A stretch of 25,375 nt of DNA from a virus (Duplodnaviria; Caudoviricetes): positions 1-25,375 of the IMG/VR virus record IMGVR_UViG_3300005805_000444. The stretch is one strand, 5' to 3'. Positions within the stretch are counted from its first letter, which is position 1; each line of letters opens with the position of its first letter. The notes beneath the pieces were generated by a model, which saw nothing but the letters and a program-made list of their open reading frames with translations, made no database searches and was not told the DNA's origin. Below are positions 1 through 8,459 of this stretch, in pieces. A program made the translations under genes and the position numbers.

Positions 1-362
1 TTACGCAGTTTTATTATACAATGTCCAGGACCGTCGAATATAAGACGGATATCTTTACCACCGTACACGTCATCAACAAATCCCTGAAATTTATATTCAC
101 CAGCATTGACGAGATAATAATGTCCGTGAACCTCGTTGTTTGCCACTGTGATTACACGAGTAATATCAAGCTGCTTTCCTACCTTCAGTCCCCAATACAC
201 TTCTGAAATCGTTACTTCAACGCTTGTATTTGTGAATGTCTGACCGCTTGCAGTTAAATCATTTTCCAAGCTAATATCAACGTTACCACCCGCTGAGTCA
301 ACAACGTAACATTTTAGAACAGCTTCCGTATCTGTTAGTTTAAGGATATGTTTAAGTGCCAT
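1..362 (-). CDS. Hypothetical late/virion-associated protein, truncated at the window edge
   Basis: Hand-translated and absent from the track: MALKHILKLTDTEAVLKCYVVDSAGG...GHCIIKLR. It is open for 120 codons to the edge, and its ATG overlaps the upstream TAA (TAATG, 360-364). Confidence 0.8.
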   Translation of the reverse strand, partial: MALKHILKLTDTEAVLKCYVVDSAGGNVDISLENDLTASGQTFTNTSVEVTISEVYWGLKVGKQLDITRVITVANNEVHGHYYLVNAGEYKFQGFVDDVYGGKDIRLIFDGPGHCIIKLR

Positions 363-661
363 TAGCAGTTCCACTTTCTTAAGGCAAGCGCTTTACGTGT
401 TGGCTCACCATTTGGTTTTTTCATTGGTCCGTCGACACCGCTCATACGAGCACAAAAAGACTTACGTCTGTTGTACGCTTTGCTATCTTTTTTCAATTTT
501 GATGGCTCTGTTGTAACAGCCATCGATAACTTTGATCCTGGGTTAGCTGCACGGTACGAAGCAATACCTTTACGGTTCAGTCCGCCCTCAGGATTCTTAC
601 CCTCTTTGCGAGACCACGCAGGGGTCTTCATCTCAACTGTAAATTGTTTGAACGATTTCAT
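362..661 (-). CDS. Small basic phage protein (DUF6321-like, from memory); probable internal head protein
   Basis: Motifs AWSRKEGKNPEGGLN, RRKSFCARMSG and LRKWNC. The N-terminus MKSFKQFTVE resembles the T4 capsid-targeting sequence. Confidence 0.75.
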   Translation of the reverse strand: MKSFKQFTVEMKTPAWSRKEGKNPEGGLNRKGIASYRAANPGSKLSMAVTTEPSKLKKDSKAYNRRKSFCARMSGVDGPMKKPNGEPTRKALALRKWNC

Positions 662-1731
662 TTTTTATCGTCCTTTTCCGGCTGTTTATCAAAAACAGAC
701 TTTACGGGCACATACGGAGCAGCTAAACGCTCTCTACGTTCACGATCTGTTTTAATCTTATCAAGAGCTTTCTGCATTCTCACTGCTGCTGATGCTGCTT
801 CTTTCACAGGAACGCAGTTTGGAACCTCACGGCCAGCTTTGAGCTTCTTACCGACCATGTGATAACCCTTCCAGCAAGGATCCTCACCTTTCATTTTCTC
901 TTCCGCCACACCTTGCTTTGGATTGACGTGCTTCTCAGCATGCTGTTGTGCAGCAGTATGTGCTTGTTTTATTTTATCGTATCGCTTACTTTGCCACTCA
1001 CAGCCCGGCTCCATACACTTTGCATGGTATGCTTTACTACCAAATACATCAGTTTCAACGATACCGGATTTAGCAGATCGAGCCTCTGTTACAGCTTTCT
1101 TCTCACCAGGGGTATCACCTTTGTAAGTTTTTACTAGACTCTTTGTTCCCTCAAAACGCTTCATTGGGCTGACGGTCATCTCCATGTACGTGTTGTACTT
1201 GGTAGCTAGATGTTTTTTTGCTTCGCCTTCATCGTCCGTCGAATGCTTGACACGGCCTTTTGAATCGACTACGTGGTAAATGATTCTGTTATTGTATGGG
1301 CTTCTCTCACGTTTGATGTGAGGACGCATAGCACCACCGGTGCCCTTCATACCCATCGTTGTACGGACATACTCTACAATAGGAAGTAAATCGCAGTCTT
1401 CTTTCATTGCAGCGCCGCCGGCAATGAAAGAGTTAACACGGTTCATAGCATACTGCTCACGTGTCAGATCTGTATTTAAGGGAAGGGATTTGTATCCACG
1501 CTTGTAAACTTGCTCAATAACATCCGTCGGAAGTTCAGCTTTTTGAGCCTTTGCGTGTAGGACCACCTCAGTCTTTTTCTCCAATACAACTGTGTGTTTT
1601 TCTAGAGCTCGTTTGAAAGCTTCTTGATAACCACGTTGTGGATCAACTTTTTCCGGTGGGTTAATAATAATTTGTGATTTTTTGCTGTTTTTACCAACAG
1701 CGATCTTCTTTTGATCGTTTTCTTTATCCAT
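658..1731 (-). CDS. Modular late protein with a DUF5824-like segment, a C2H2-like segment and a CWxGY..PNCVP module; probable head protein
   Basis: 357-aa ORF with segments VIEQVYKRG...AMNRVNSF, CMEPGC...HAEKH and DPCWKGYHMVGKK...VPNCVP. It has SD GAGG and a late promoter upstream. Confidence 0.7.
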   Translation of the reverse strand: MDKENDQKKIAVGKNSKKSQIIINPPEKVDPQRGYQEAFKRALEKHTVVLEKKTEVVLHAKAQKAELPTDVIEQVYKRGYKSLPLNTDLTREQYAMNRVNSFIAGGAAMKEDCDLLPIVEYVRTTMGMKGTGGAMRPHIKRERSPYNNRIIYHVVDSKGRVKHSTDDEGEAKKHLATKYNTYMEMTVSPMKRFEGTKSLVKTYKGDTPGEKKAVTEARSAKSGIVETDVFGSKAYHAKCMEPGCEWQSKRYDKIKQAHTAAQQHAEKHVNPKQGVAEEKMKGEDPCWKGYHMVGKKLKAGREVPNCVPVKEAASAAVRMQKALDKIKTDRERRERLAAPYVPVKSVFDKQPEKDDKK

Positions 1732-1736
1732 TTGTA

Positions 1737-1782
1737 CCTCAGAGGTTTACCTTAGCCGTTTAACTCCGTACTGGTATTTATG
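1737..1782 (-). promoter_or_regulatory. T4-type late promoter (CATAAATA, 1775-1782) followed by a stem-loop leader overlapping the SD
   Basis: The minus strand reads CATAAATA ccagta CGGAG TTAAACGGCTAAGGTAAAC CTCTG AGG tacaa ATG. Confidence 0.65.
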
Positions 1783-2360
1783 ATTTTTAAATGCCACCCC
1801 CTCTGCCACCCTTGAGGCGCTGTATTTTCTGTGTATTTACGCCGTTGAACGCCGTTGTTAAACCACACTTTACCTTGAACGGATTTTCGCAGTGTGTTGG
1901 CAATTTTATGTTTATATCCGTCAGGAAACCCCCTCTTCCATCCTTCAGGGATATCCATAATATTGGTAAAACGTTTCATTCGTGTTCCATCGGTATACCA
2001 TATACCACCGGACATTTTCTTCATCAATTCTCGAGCTGTGTTTTTTTGTTTTTCGGTGCGTGGTGTTGAGTTACCTCCAATAATTGCACCTGCTACATTA
2101 CGATTTATAAAACTCGGGTTTCGTACCAAACGTTGCAGCATACGCTTCTCAAATAGTACACATTCCTCAACATTATCGAAAATCTTATGCACACGTCTAA
2201 CATCTGGTTCACCTAGCTGTGCGCGCATTTTTTTCACTTGTATAGAGGAAGTAAAGTAGGATACCCATAAATCAGAAGGATCTGATTTCTTTGCATACCG
2301 ACACCCATAATAATATTTGTTTTTATTTGACCATCCTATAACATACGTGTAAGGTTTCAT
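1752..2360 (-). CDS. Free-standing GIY-YIG homing endonuclease (Seg-like)
   Basis: N-terminal YTYVIGW...YYYGCR, then YFTSS, a conserved E (LFEKR) and N (FINRN). Two C-terminal W(Y/F)xxG...P(E/Q)GW(K/Q)RG DNA-binding repeats follow. Confidence 0.85.
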   Translation of the reverse strand: MKPYTYVIGWSNKNKYYYGCRYAKKSDPSDLWVSYFTSSIQVKKMRAQLGEPDVRRVHKIFDNVEECVLFEKRMLQRLVRNPSFINRNVAGAIIGGNSTPRTEKQKNTARELMKKMSGGIWYTDGTRMKRFTNIMDIPEGWKRGFPDGYKHKIANTLRKSVQGKVWFNNGVQRRKYTENTAPQGWQRGWHLKIINTSTELNG

Positions 2361-2365
2361 ATGTG

Positions 2366-2408
2366 CTCCCAGAGACGTTACCTTGGCCTAACTCTGAGTG
2401 TATTTAGT
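2366..2408 (-). promoter_or_regulatory. T4-type late promoter (ACTAAATA, 2401-2408) followed by a stem-loop leader overlapping the SD
   Basis: The minus strand reads ACTAAATA ca CTCAGAG TTAGGCCAAGGTAACGT CTCTGGG AG cacat ATG. It is a paralog of the element at 1737-1782. Confidence 0.65.
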
Positions 2409-2414
2409 ATTACA

Positions 2415-4403
2415 TTATTCGCTACTACCGCCTCCACCACCTCCACCAGAGCTACTACTCTTGCCGGGATAAGTTTTTTGTAGCTTACCAGCAACATTGC
2501 GGGACGTCACTTTTGGTATTGGAACAAGTTTACCTGTTATACCACGAACAGCCATCTCTAGCATCTCTTGCAGCTTCATTCCACGTCTAACATCTTTATA
2601 CAACTCTTTTTTATGCTCAGGCTTCATATCAGCAGGAAGTGCTTTGTGGAATTCTTTTTCTTTTCCTGAAGATGCAAGCTCACGCATCTTGCTTGCAGAC
2701 ATCCCTTCAATACCTTCAGCATCGGGATCTCTTTCACCAGAAGAATGAACAGTTATTGATTTAAAGTTATAATGACCGTGCTTTTCCTGTTTACCATTAT
2801 ACTTGTCAAGTAGATCTTGCATTTCTTTTTGACGGTCAGAACCAGCAACGACATGAAGATGTGTGATACCCTTTTCATGCATTTTGACAGCTTGATGGAG
2901 GATTGTTGGAGCATCTTTGGTTGCAGCTTCTACATGTGTTCCTGATGGGAACATACGAAGAGCATGTTTTACCTTCTGATCACCGGAGAGTGGGTTCTTC
3001 TTCACATCTTGTGATGCTGACACAACAATCTTATGCTCTGTTGCGTTTTTATCTTTTGCAACATCAAGCACCTTCTTTGCAACAGCAGCATGGCCAGGAG
3101 TTGGTGGATTCATTCTACCAAATGCCATGACACCGTGCCTCTCTTTCGACTTTTCCTTTTTTACTCCATCAGCAGCAACCTTATCCTTCATCTCCGTTGG
3201 CTTATCACCGGGACGAGGACGAGCAGCAAAATTGGCTGCACTAAAGTCTGCACGGTCAACTAATTTTGTAGGACGGCCGTTAATAGTAACAACAGAACCT
3301 TCGCTCTTTGTTGGCTCGAGTTTACCTTCTGCATTCGTCTTGTATGTGTTAAAGTCACCTTTTACAGCAGGCTCGAGGGCATTAATAAGTGTGTTCTTTG
3401 CTTTTTGCAAGTGACCATGCAACTCTAATGCATTTTTCAAATGCTTCTTATGTTGGTCTACTTGGCTCAAAGCTAGATCAAGAGCTTTCTGACGAGTCGC
3501 TTTACCAGCTGGAGTCTTTAGTTTATCAACATCTTTCTGACCACGTTCTTGTACATGAGCTCTATAACCAGCAACGGATGGTGTACTACCATCACGAACA
3601 GTCTTGTTGATATATGTTTTTAGATTCTCTTGGTGCTTTTGAATAGCATCGTATCCCTTGTCTTTGAGAATACGCTGATGAGCCTCTTCTGCATCATCCA
3701 TATGAGTCTGAAACTCATTTGATGTCTTTTGATTGAAAGCAGACTTTGTCGCGTCAATTGTAGGCTTAATCATATGAACATCGGGATGTTCTTGAAACTT
3801 GTTGAAGTCTGGCTTGAAGTCAGCCTTCATCGATTCAAAGTCTTTGCCTTTGTATTGGGTATGAACAACCAGACCAAACTTTGCTTTTTCAATCTTACGG
3901 CCTTCTGGTGAAGTCTTTTTTACACCATACGTAATAGTGTTCGGCTTAAACTGATACTCATCGCCATTTGATTTGACGTCACTCTTACCAGAGTGCATTA
4001 CATCACCCTGATAAACTCCAGCAGCCGGCGCAACCTTAGGTAGATGTTTCAGTGCGTGTTTGAGTTTTTCAACGAGTCCTGGAGCATGTCCGTGGTTTGC
4101 TTCAATGTCTTCTGGAGTGTAATTAAGCTTTGGGTTTTTGTTAAATGCGGATTTACTTGCGACAAAAAATTTACCTGTCGTTGGATGATGTCCAAATACG
4201 ATAGAAGGAGAACCGTCATACTTCGTTGTAATATGGGCACCTTTACCTCCTCCGGTCATTGCTTGATGCACAGAATGCAACGTCTTGGCTGCATGTTCGT
4301 AACCCTCTTTACCAGCATTAATCGGATGATCTTCTGCGTGCTCGAGGTGTTTTAGTTTTTCTTCCGAAGCTGCAGCTTCTGATAAAAAAGATAAGAAGTT
4401 CAT
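2415..4403 (-). CDS. Fusion of a ligase-like KxDG domain (DUF6267-like) and a HIGH-family cytidylyltransferase-like domain
   Basis: The N-domain has HLEHAED, TTKYDGSPSIVFG and YQGDVM. The C-domain has FGRMNPPTPGH (HxGH-type), VVAGSDR and MSASKMR (KMSKS-like). Confidence 0.8.
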   Translation of the reverse strand: MNFLSFLSEAAASEEKLKHLEHAEDHPINAGKEGYEHAAKTLHSVHQAMTGGGKGAHITTKYDGSPSIVFGHHPTTGKFFVASKSAFNKNPKLNYTPEDIEANHGHAPGLVEKLKHALKHLPKVAPAAGVYQGDVMHSGKSDVKSNGDEYQFKPNTITYGVKKTSPEGRKIEKAKFGLVVHTQYKGKDFESMKADFKPDFNKFQEHPDVHMIKPTIDATKSAFNQKTSNEFQTHMDDAEEAHQRILKDKGYDAIQKHQENLKTYINKTVRDGSTPSVAGYRAHVQERGQKDVDKLKTPAGKATRQKALDLALSQVDQHKKHLKNALELHGHLQKAKNTLINALEPAVKGDFNTYKTNAEGKLEPTKSEGSVVTINGRPTKLVDRADFSAANFAARPRPGDKPTEMKDKVAADGVKKEKSKERHGVMAFGRMNPPTPGHAAVAKKVLDVAKDKNATEHKIVVSASQDVKKNPLSGDQKVKHALRMFPSGTHVEAATKDAPTILHQAVKMHEKGITHLHVVAGSDRQKEMQDLLDKYNGKQEKHGHYNFKSITVHSSGERDPDAEGIEGMSASKMRELASSGKEKEFHKALPADMKPEHKKELYKDVRRGMKLQEMLEMAVRGITGKLVPIPKVTSRNVAGKLQKTYPGKSSSSGGGGGGGSSE

Positions 4404-5194
4404 TTTATTGAGTTTACTCGTGCTTTTGTTACTGTACCAAATAACGATGTGAAGTCTTGAGCATTATCCAAAGAATACGTCGATTTATTTGCACCACCTA
4501 ACCGACCTTGCGCACGTATGTTACCAGAAGCGACATTTGTTTTATATTTTGCAACAAATGAAGAACCCGATCTACCTAACCTAAGTTCAATAACAAATTT
4601 CGAGTCTAGTTGAGGAATAGGTAGATTAAGAGGATTTTTTTTCAGATAAAAAAACCCCGCTTTACCAATTTGAATATAGAAGCAGTTTTTATGCTCGTAA
4701 TGATCGTACAAGAAATCAATGTCTGCATCCACCTTCCCATTCAAAGGAACAAGTAGCCTATTCCTGACCATTTCTTCCCATACTGTTTTTGATGCTCGAA
4801 GGGGTAATCCTTCTATCTCGCTAGCAAGAAGAGGCATTTCGTTTTTTTTAGCAAACTCTAATGCTTTTTGCAAATCGTTTCGTTTTGAATTTAATACCTT
4901 ACGAATTTGTGCTTCGACAACTGAATCTATTTGAGATGAGCTTGATAACGAAAACTTTTTTGTTTTCATATCATAATTGAACGATCCACCTCCCATTTGT
5001 GCCCCTGCATCCTGTTTAATTTCAATGTTGAAAGGCCGACCAAATAAGAGTAACTGTAGGTCAGGTTCAGTTGAAGCATAAGCAGCCGTTGATGTACCCT
5101 CTTTAATAGCTATGTTTTCAAGTTTAGCTATTTGCGGCTTTATTGTTTTTAGTACTTTATTCTCATACTCAACACCACCTGCACCTACAGACAT
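4400..5194 (-). CDS. Putative PD-(D/E)XK restriction-endonuclease-fold nuclease
   Basis: GVEYENKV helix, PDLQL and NIEIK occur in the canonical E...PD...ExK order. It has an ATGA overlap with the next gene. Confidence 0.6.
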   Translation of the reverse strand: MSVGAGGVEYENKVLKTIKPQIAKLENIAIKEGTSTAAYASTEPDLQLLLFGRPFNIEIKQDAGAQMGGGSFNYDMKTKKFSLSSSSQIDSVVEAQIRKVLNSKRNDLQKALEFAKKNEMPLLASEIEGLPLRASKTVWEEMVRNRLLVPLNGKVDADIDFLYDHYEHKNCFYIQIGKAGFFYLKKNPLNLPIPQLDSKFVIELRLGRSGSSFVAKYKTNVASGNIRAQGRLGGANKSTYSLDNAQDFTSLFGTVTKARVNSIK

Positions 5195-5236
5195 ATAAAT
5201 CTCCCATACGCAATTAGATTGCTTGTCACATCCTAA

Positions 5237-5617
5237 TTACGTAAGTTCGTGACCCGCTGCTTTAACGTCTAAAGGATGCGCGTAGAAGTGTGTTGCATTC
5301 TTTTTCAGCGTATCTTGTGTTGAAGGACCACGGTAGTTACCCTTCATGCCGCCAGACCGAGCTTGCAATTGATCAACTGTCTCTCTTTTACCTCTATAAC
5401 GAGTACGAACACCAGGATATTTTTTCTTAAATTCCGCGTGATGTTCAATAGGTATTTTACTCATAGGATGTGACTTACCACCTAGTGTGATCTGCGTTCC
5501 CTTTGCTGTAACCATTTCTGCTATAAAATCCTCAATCAAGTCCCTATCATCTTGAGGTTCTTTGGTTGATTTTAGTTGCTCGGCGATAAATTGAGCATAT
5601 CTTTCTTGAATAGACAT
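5237..5617 (-). CDS. Hypothetical protein, probable internal head protein
   Basis: 126 aa, with a late promoter upstream. The N-terminal YAQFIAE matches the end of the T4 CTS (MKTYQEFIAE), and FIAE recurs at DFIAE. Confidence 0.65.
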   Translation of the reverse strand: MSIQERYAQFIAEQLKSTKEPQDDRDLIEDFIAEMVTAKGTQITLGGKSHPMSKIPIEHHAEFKKKYPGVRTRYRGKRETVDQLQARSGGMKGNYRGPSTQDTLKKNATHFYAHPLDVKAAGHELT

Positions 5618-5663
5618 TTTATTTCCTTCCTACATTGAAAACAAAAAAAACTAACACGTTGAC

Positions 5664-5671
5664 TATTTATC
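5664..5671 (-). promoter_or_regulatory. T4-type late promoter GATAAATA
   Basis: Intergenic TAAATA motif about 47 nt upstream of the ATG at 5617. Confidence 0.6.
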
Positions 5672-5717
5672 ATAACCCATTTGCACATTGGTTCGTAAAA
5701 AGCTCTTTAAAGAACAT

Positions 5718-5746
5718 ATTATACCGTATAGAGAACTTTTTAACAA
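5718..5746 (-). promoter_or_regulatory. Sigma70-type promoter TTGTTA-N17-TATAAT
   Basis: -35 at 5741-5746, a 17-nt spacer and a perfect -10 at 5718-5723, all in intergenic DNA. Confidence 0.55.
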
Positions 5747-5749
5747 CAC

Positions 5750-6505
5750 TTAAAAAACACGTTCCCACTCAAAGTTGATTACTTTTTTTGACTTGCGTCC
5801 TTCTTCTGTTTTGTTTCTTTGTAGGACAAGCTCCTTCAGAGCAAAACGTTTTTCTTGATTACCCCATACACTATTAGGATGTATAAGAGACTTGTCGTCG
5901 GGGTATATTGTTTTTGTTACATTATCAGACCATGTGACGTCACGAGCTCCGCGAATGTATTTCACTTCCCACTGCTTGACTTTTTTCCGCCTTGCAAACA
6001 TCCTCAAAGTATCTAAAAAATAACGATCGCCAAAATGTATATTGACAAACTCCTCATCATATCCACCTGTTTTCCAGAAATCGTCTTTATGTACGAGGTA
6101 ATCATTGACAGAGAATCTATCGGGAGATGATTGAATTGTTTCCCAAAAAGAATAATAGAATCCCTGCTTCAACCCTTCCTCGTTTTCATATATCGAAAAC
6201 AACGTTCGATCGGTGTATCTTCTATCAATATCGGACAATAGATTCCAATCCGTTGTTGTCTGCTGCATTAATAAGTTTCTCGTACCATGAGAGTTGAACC
6301 CGATGTCTTCCTTGACTCTAAACAACCGTATATTGTCTTGTGGTTTGTTTTTTTCAAAAAAAGCAGAAGCAGGTCTTTCCTGTGACCCATCATCGCCAAT
6401 ATTCAGTATAACATCACATCCCTGGTCAAGCAGTCTTTGATTGAAACTATACCACCATTTGAGAAAATGTGGTTCGTTATAATATGTAATGTTTATTGAT
6501 ATCAT
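5750..6505 (-). CDS. Glycosyltransferase, GT-A fold (GT2 with a GT7-like C-terminal motif)
   Basis: ISINITYYN, GDDGS, TRNL, a DxD motif (SDID) and GGYDEEF...GD. Confidence 0.85.
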   Translation of the reverse strand: MISINITYYNEPHFLKWWYSFNQRLLDQGCDVILNIGDDGSQERPASAFFEKNKPQDNIRLFRVKEDIGFNSHGTRNLLMQQTTTDWNLLSDIDRRYTDRTLFSIYENEEGLKQGFYYSFWETIQSSPDRFSVNDYLVHKDDFWKTGGYDEEFVNIHFGDRYFLDTLRMFARRKKVKQWEVKYIRGARDVTWSDNVTKTIYPDDKSLIHPNSVWGNQEKRFALKELVLQRNKTEEGRKSKKVINFEWERVF

Positions 6506-7011
6506 TGCGAATAGTGAGTAATGACGTACTTGTCTAACTTATCTATTTTTGCTTGCCACCACTCTCGCGGTTTAACTGTAGCGTGAGCATTTGAACCGTC
6601 GGTAAGGATTTTTGTTGAGGTACGCGTCGATATATTTAAAAAAATTACTTTTCTTGATAAACTGCATATCTCCTCTAACACCTCATGAACACATTCTTCA
6701 GGTACATGCTCCAAGACATCGATGCATAAAACAAGATCTGCAGGGACTTGAGGTTTTTTTGAAAACTTCACTATACCTGGATCATATCGAGTAACACCGT
6801 CTAAATCAAACAACTTCTGGAGCCTGTGCTCCGTCCACGCTTGTGCCTGGCCACAACCATAATCAATACACGTTTTTATATTTGAATTCTTAATTACGTT
6901 TTTTATTTCAAAAACATAAGTTAAAATTGATCCACCTTTAAAAAACTTAGGATTAGCTTCATGGGTTTGGCGATAAACTTCGTAGCTGTTTTGTAGTATT
7001 TGTGAAGTCAT
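6502..7011 (-). CDS. Class I SAM-dependent methyltransferase
   Basis: IDYGCG, YDPG, DLVLCIDVLEHVP and WW motifs. The start was moved to ATG 7011 (MTSQILQ) to limit the overlap with the upstream gene. Confidence 0.85.
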   Translation of the reverse strand: MTSQILQNSYEVYRQTHEANPKFFKGGSILTYVFEIKNVIKNSNIKTCIDYGCGQAQAWTEHRLQKLFDLDGVTRYDPGIVKFSKKPQVPADLVLCIDVLEHVPEECVHEVLEEICSLSRKVIFLNISTRTSTKILTDGSNAHATVKPREWWQAKIDKLDKYVITHYSQ

Positions 7012-7675
7012 AATATTCTTTCCACCATAGATGGGAGTACATTGTTTTTTGATAATTTTTAAACCAAGGCCCACCATCGGTATAATGAATAGCTCGAGGC
7101 TGCATGAGTAGATAGTACTGATCTAAAACATTCCAATCAAGAGGGATACTTCCTATCTCATCATCCTCTAGCCAATCGAACATATGCAATCGCCTACCTG
7201 GCGTCACGTGGTTAATATAGTCCGGTGTCAATCTTCTGTTTGAAGGGTGGCTATTGTTAAAAACAATTAGACTAGCCCAGTTTTTTCTTTGCATGGTGTG
7301 TTGGGCAACACCATCCATCTTCGTTTGTGTGTGAGGCACGTACGGTGGGTGTTTAACAACGCTAATTGCTTTTGTCTTATCGACAGAAAGAATAAGATCT
7401 ATTACATCAGATTGGAATAAGAAATCACAGTCACAGAACACGGAAAAAGTTTTACCATACCCCTCGAGAAAAGGTATCATAAAACGTGTGTATGTAAAAT
7501 CAGTCGACTGATTTTCTTCACGCGGCCGAACATACTCAGGAATGTTTTCACTCCGAAGTAATTCAATCTTTGGTGGACAAAGCTGATCAGTGCGCGAGGC
7601 GATCGAATATTGACAAACCTTTGCAGCTATATCTTCCCGCTGATCATACCCAATATAAACATTAAAGTTAACCAT
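6959..7675 (-). CDS. Glycosyltransferase, GT-A fold (GT8-like)
   Basis: VYIGYD, STDFTYTRF, a DxD motif (DCD), RKNWAS, WN and IHYTDGGPW. Confidence 0.85.
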   Translation of the reverse strand: MVNFNVYIGYDQREDIAAKVCQYSIASRTDQLCPPKIELLRSENIPEYVRPREENQSTDFTYTRFMIPFLEGYGKTFSVFCDCDFLFQSDVIDLILSVDKTKAISVVKHPPYVPHTQTKMDGVAQHTMQRKNWASLIVFNNSHPSNRRLTPDYINHVTPGRRLHMFDWLEDDEIGSIPLDWNVLDQYYLLMQPRAIHYTDGGPWFKNYQKTMYSHLWWKEYYDFTNTTKQLRSLSPNP

Positions 7676-8459
7676 GTTTCAAGTGTTGTAAGAATTCTTT
7701 ACCTGGTATGTAGCTTTTGTATTCATGACGGATATCCGCTGTTTTTACAGCTACATAGTTGAATAAAGCTTCGATATTAGTTAATGTATTGATCCAACCC
7801 TCCACAGGTGATATCATTGCATAAGGAAATGAAGTATGGGTTAATTTACCACCATTGGAAAAGAGAATGGAAGGGACATGCATGAATTTTGCCGGCCACG
7901 CGGCTGTCCCATGATACCCAACGAATCCCTTTGCGACACGAAGCATTCCAATCAAATCGTTGATTGGTGTTCTGTAGTCTACAACCTCTACGGGATATTT
8001 CTTCTTCAAATCTTCTACTATCTGTGGCCAGAACTGCGCGGCCGGGTCTTTCCAGCTCTTACCATATTCTTTCAACGATACAACATTTTGCTCTGTCGAA
8101 TTAACAACAATCAGTTTACTTGTTCGTTTATTTGGCTCTCTGGGAAACCAGTAGTTGTGAAACGAATCCTTACCGACAATATTCCAATCATAGTTTGTGT
8201 GGTTAATATCGAGAGGGTTTTCAAACTTATGCATCACCATAACACGTGTCGAGCCTTTGTGACATAACCTTTCTATGAGCGCTGCACGCTCCCAAAGAGT
8301 TTCAGGATCACGGGGATGTATTTTATGCGTGACGTCATGTTCCCATCTAAATGTCAAGTTGACGGGAATTTGTAACTTGTGTGATAAGTTGTGAGCATAA
8401 CAAATTGGAGAAACTATATCACCGTAACCAATTTTCCCCTTCCACTGTATATCGATCAT
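7668..8459 (-). CDS. Putative GT-B fold glycosyltransferase (GT9-like)
   Basis: N-terminal GKIGYGDIV and C-terminal FVGYHGTAAW...VPSI resemble heptosyltransferase-family motifs. It sits within the glycosylation cluster. Confidence 0.5.
   Translation of the reverse strand: MIDIQWKGKIGYGDIVSPICYAHNLSHKLQIPVNLTFRWEHDVTHKIHPRDPETLWERAALIERLCHKGSTRVMVMHKFENPLDINHTNYDWNIVGKDSFHNYWFPREPNKRTSKLIVVNSTEQNVVSLKEYGKSWKDPAAQFWPQIVEDLKKKYPVEVVDYRTPINDLIGMLRVAKGFVGYHGTAAWPAKFMHVPSILFSNGGKLTHTSFPYAMISPVEGWINTLTNIEALFNYVAVKTADIRHEYKSYIPGKEFLQHLKHG

Noticed and set aside
1473-1839. Additional TAAATA matches inside coding regions (near 1473 and 1834)
   Set aside because: They are expected by chance in AT-rich DNA and are not positioned before a start codon.
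1732-2414. Group I intron or IS element around the endonuclease
   Set aside because: The flanks are too short for an intron core, the neighbouring genes have their own starts and stops, and there is no transposase or terminal inverted repeat.
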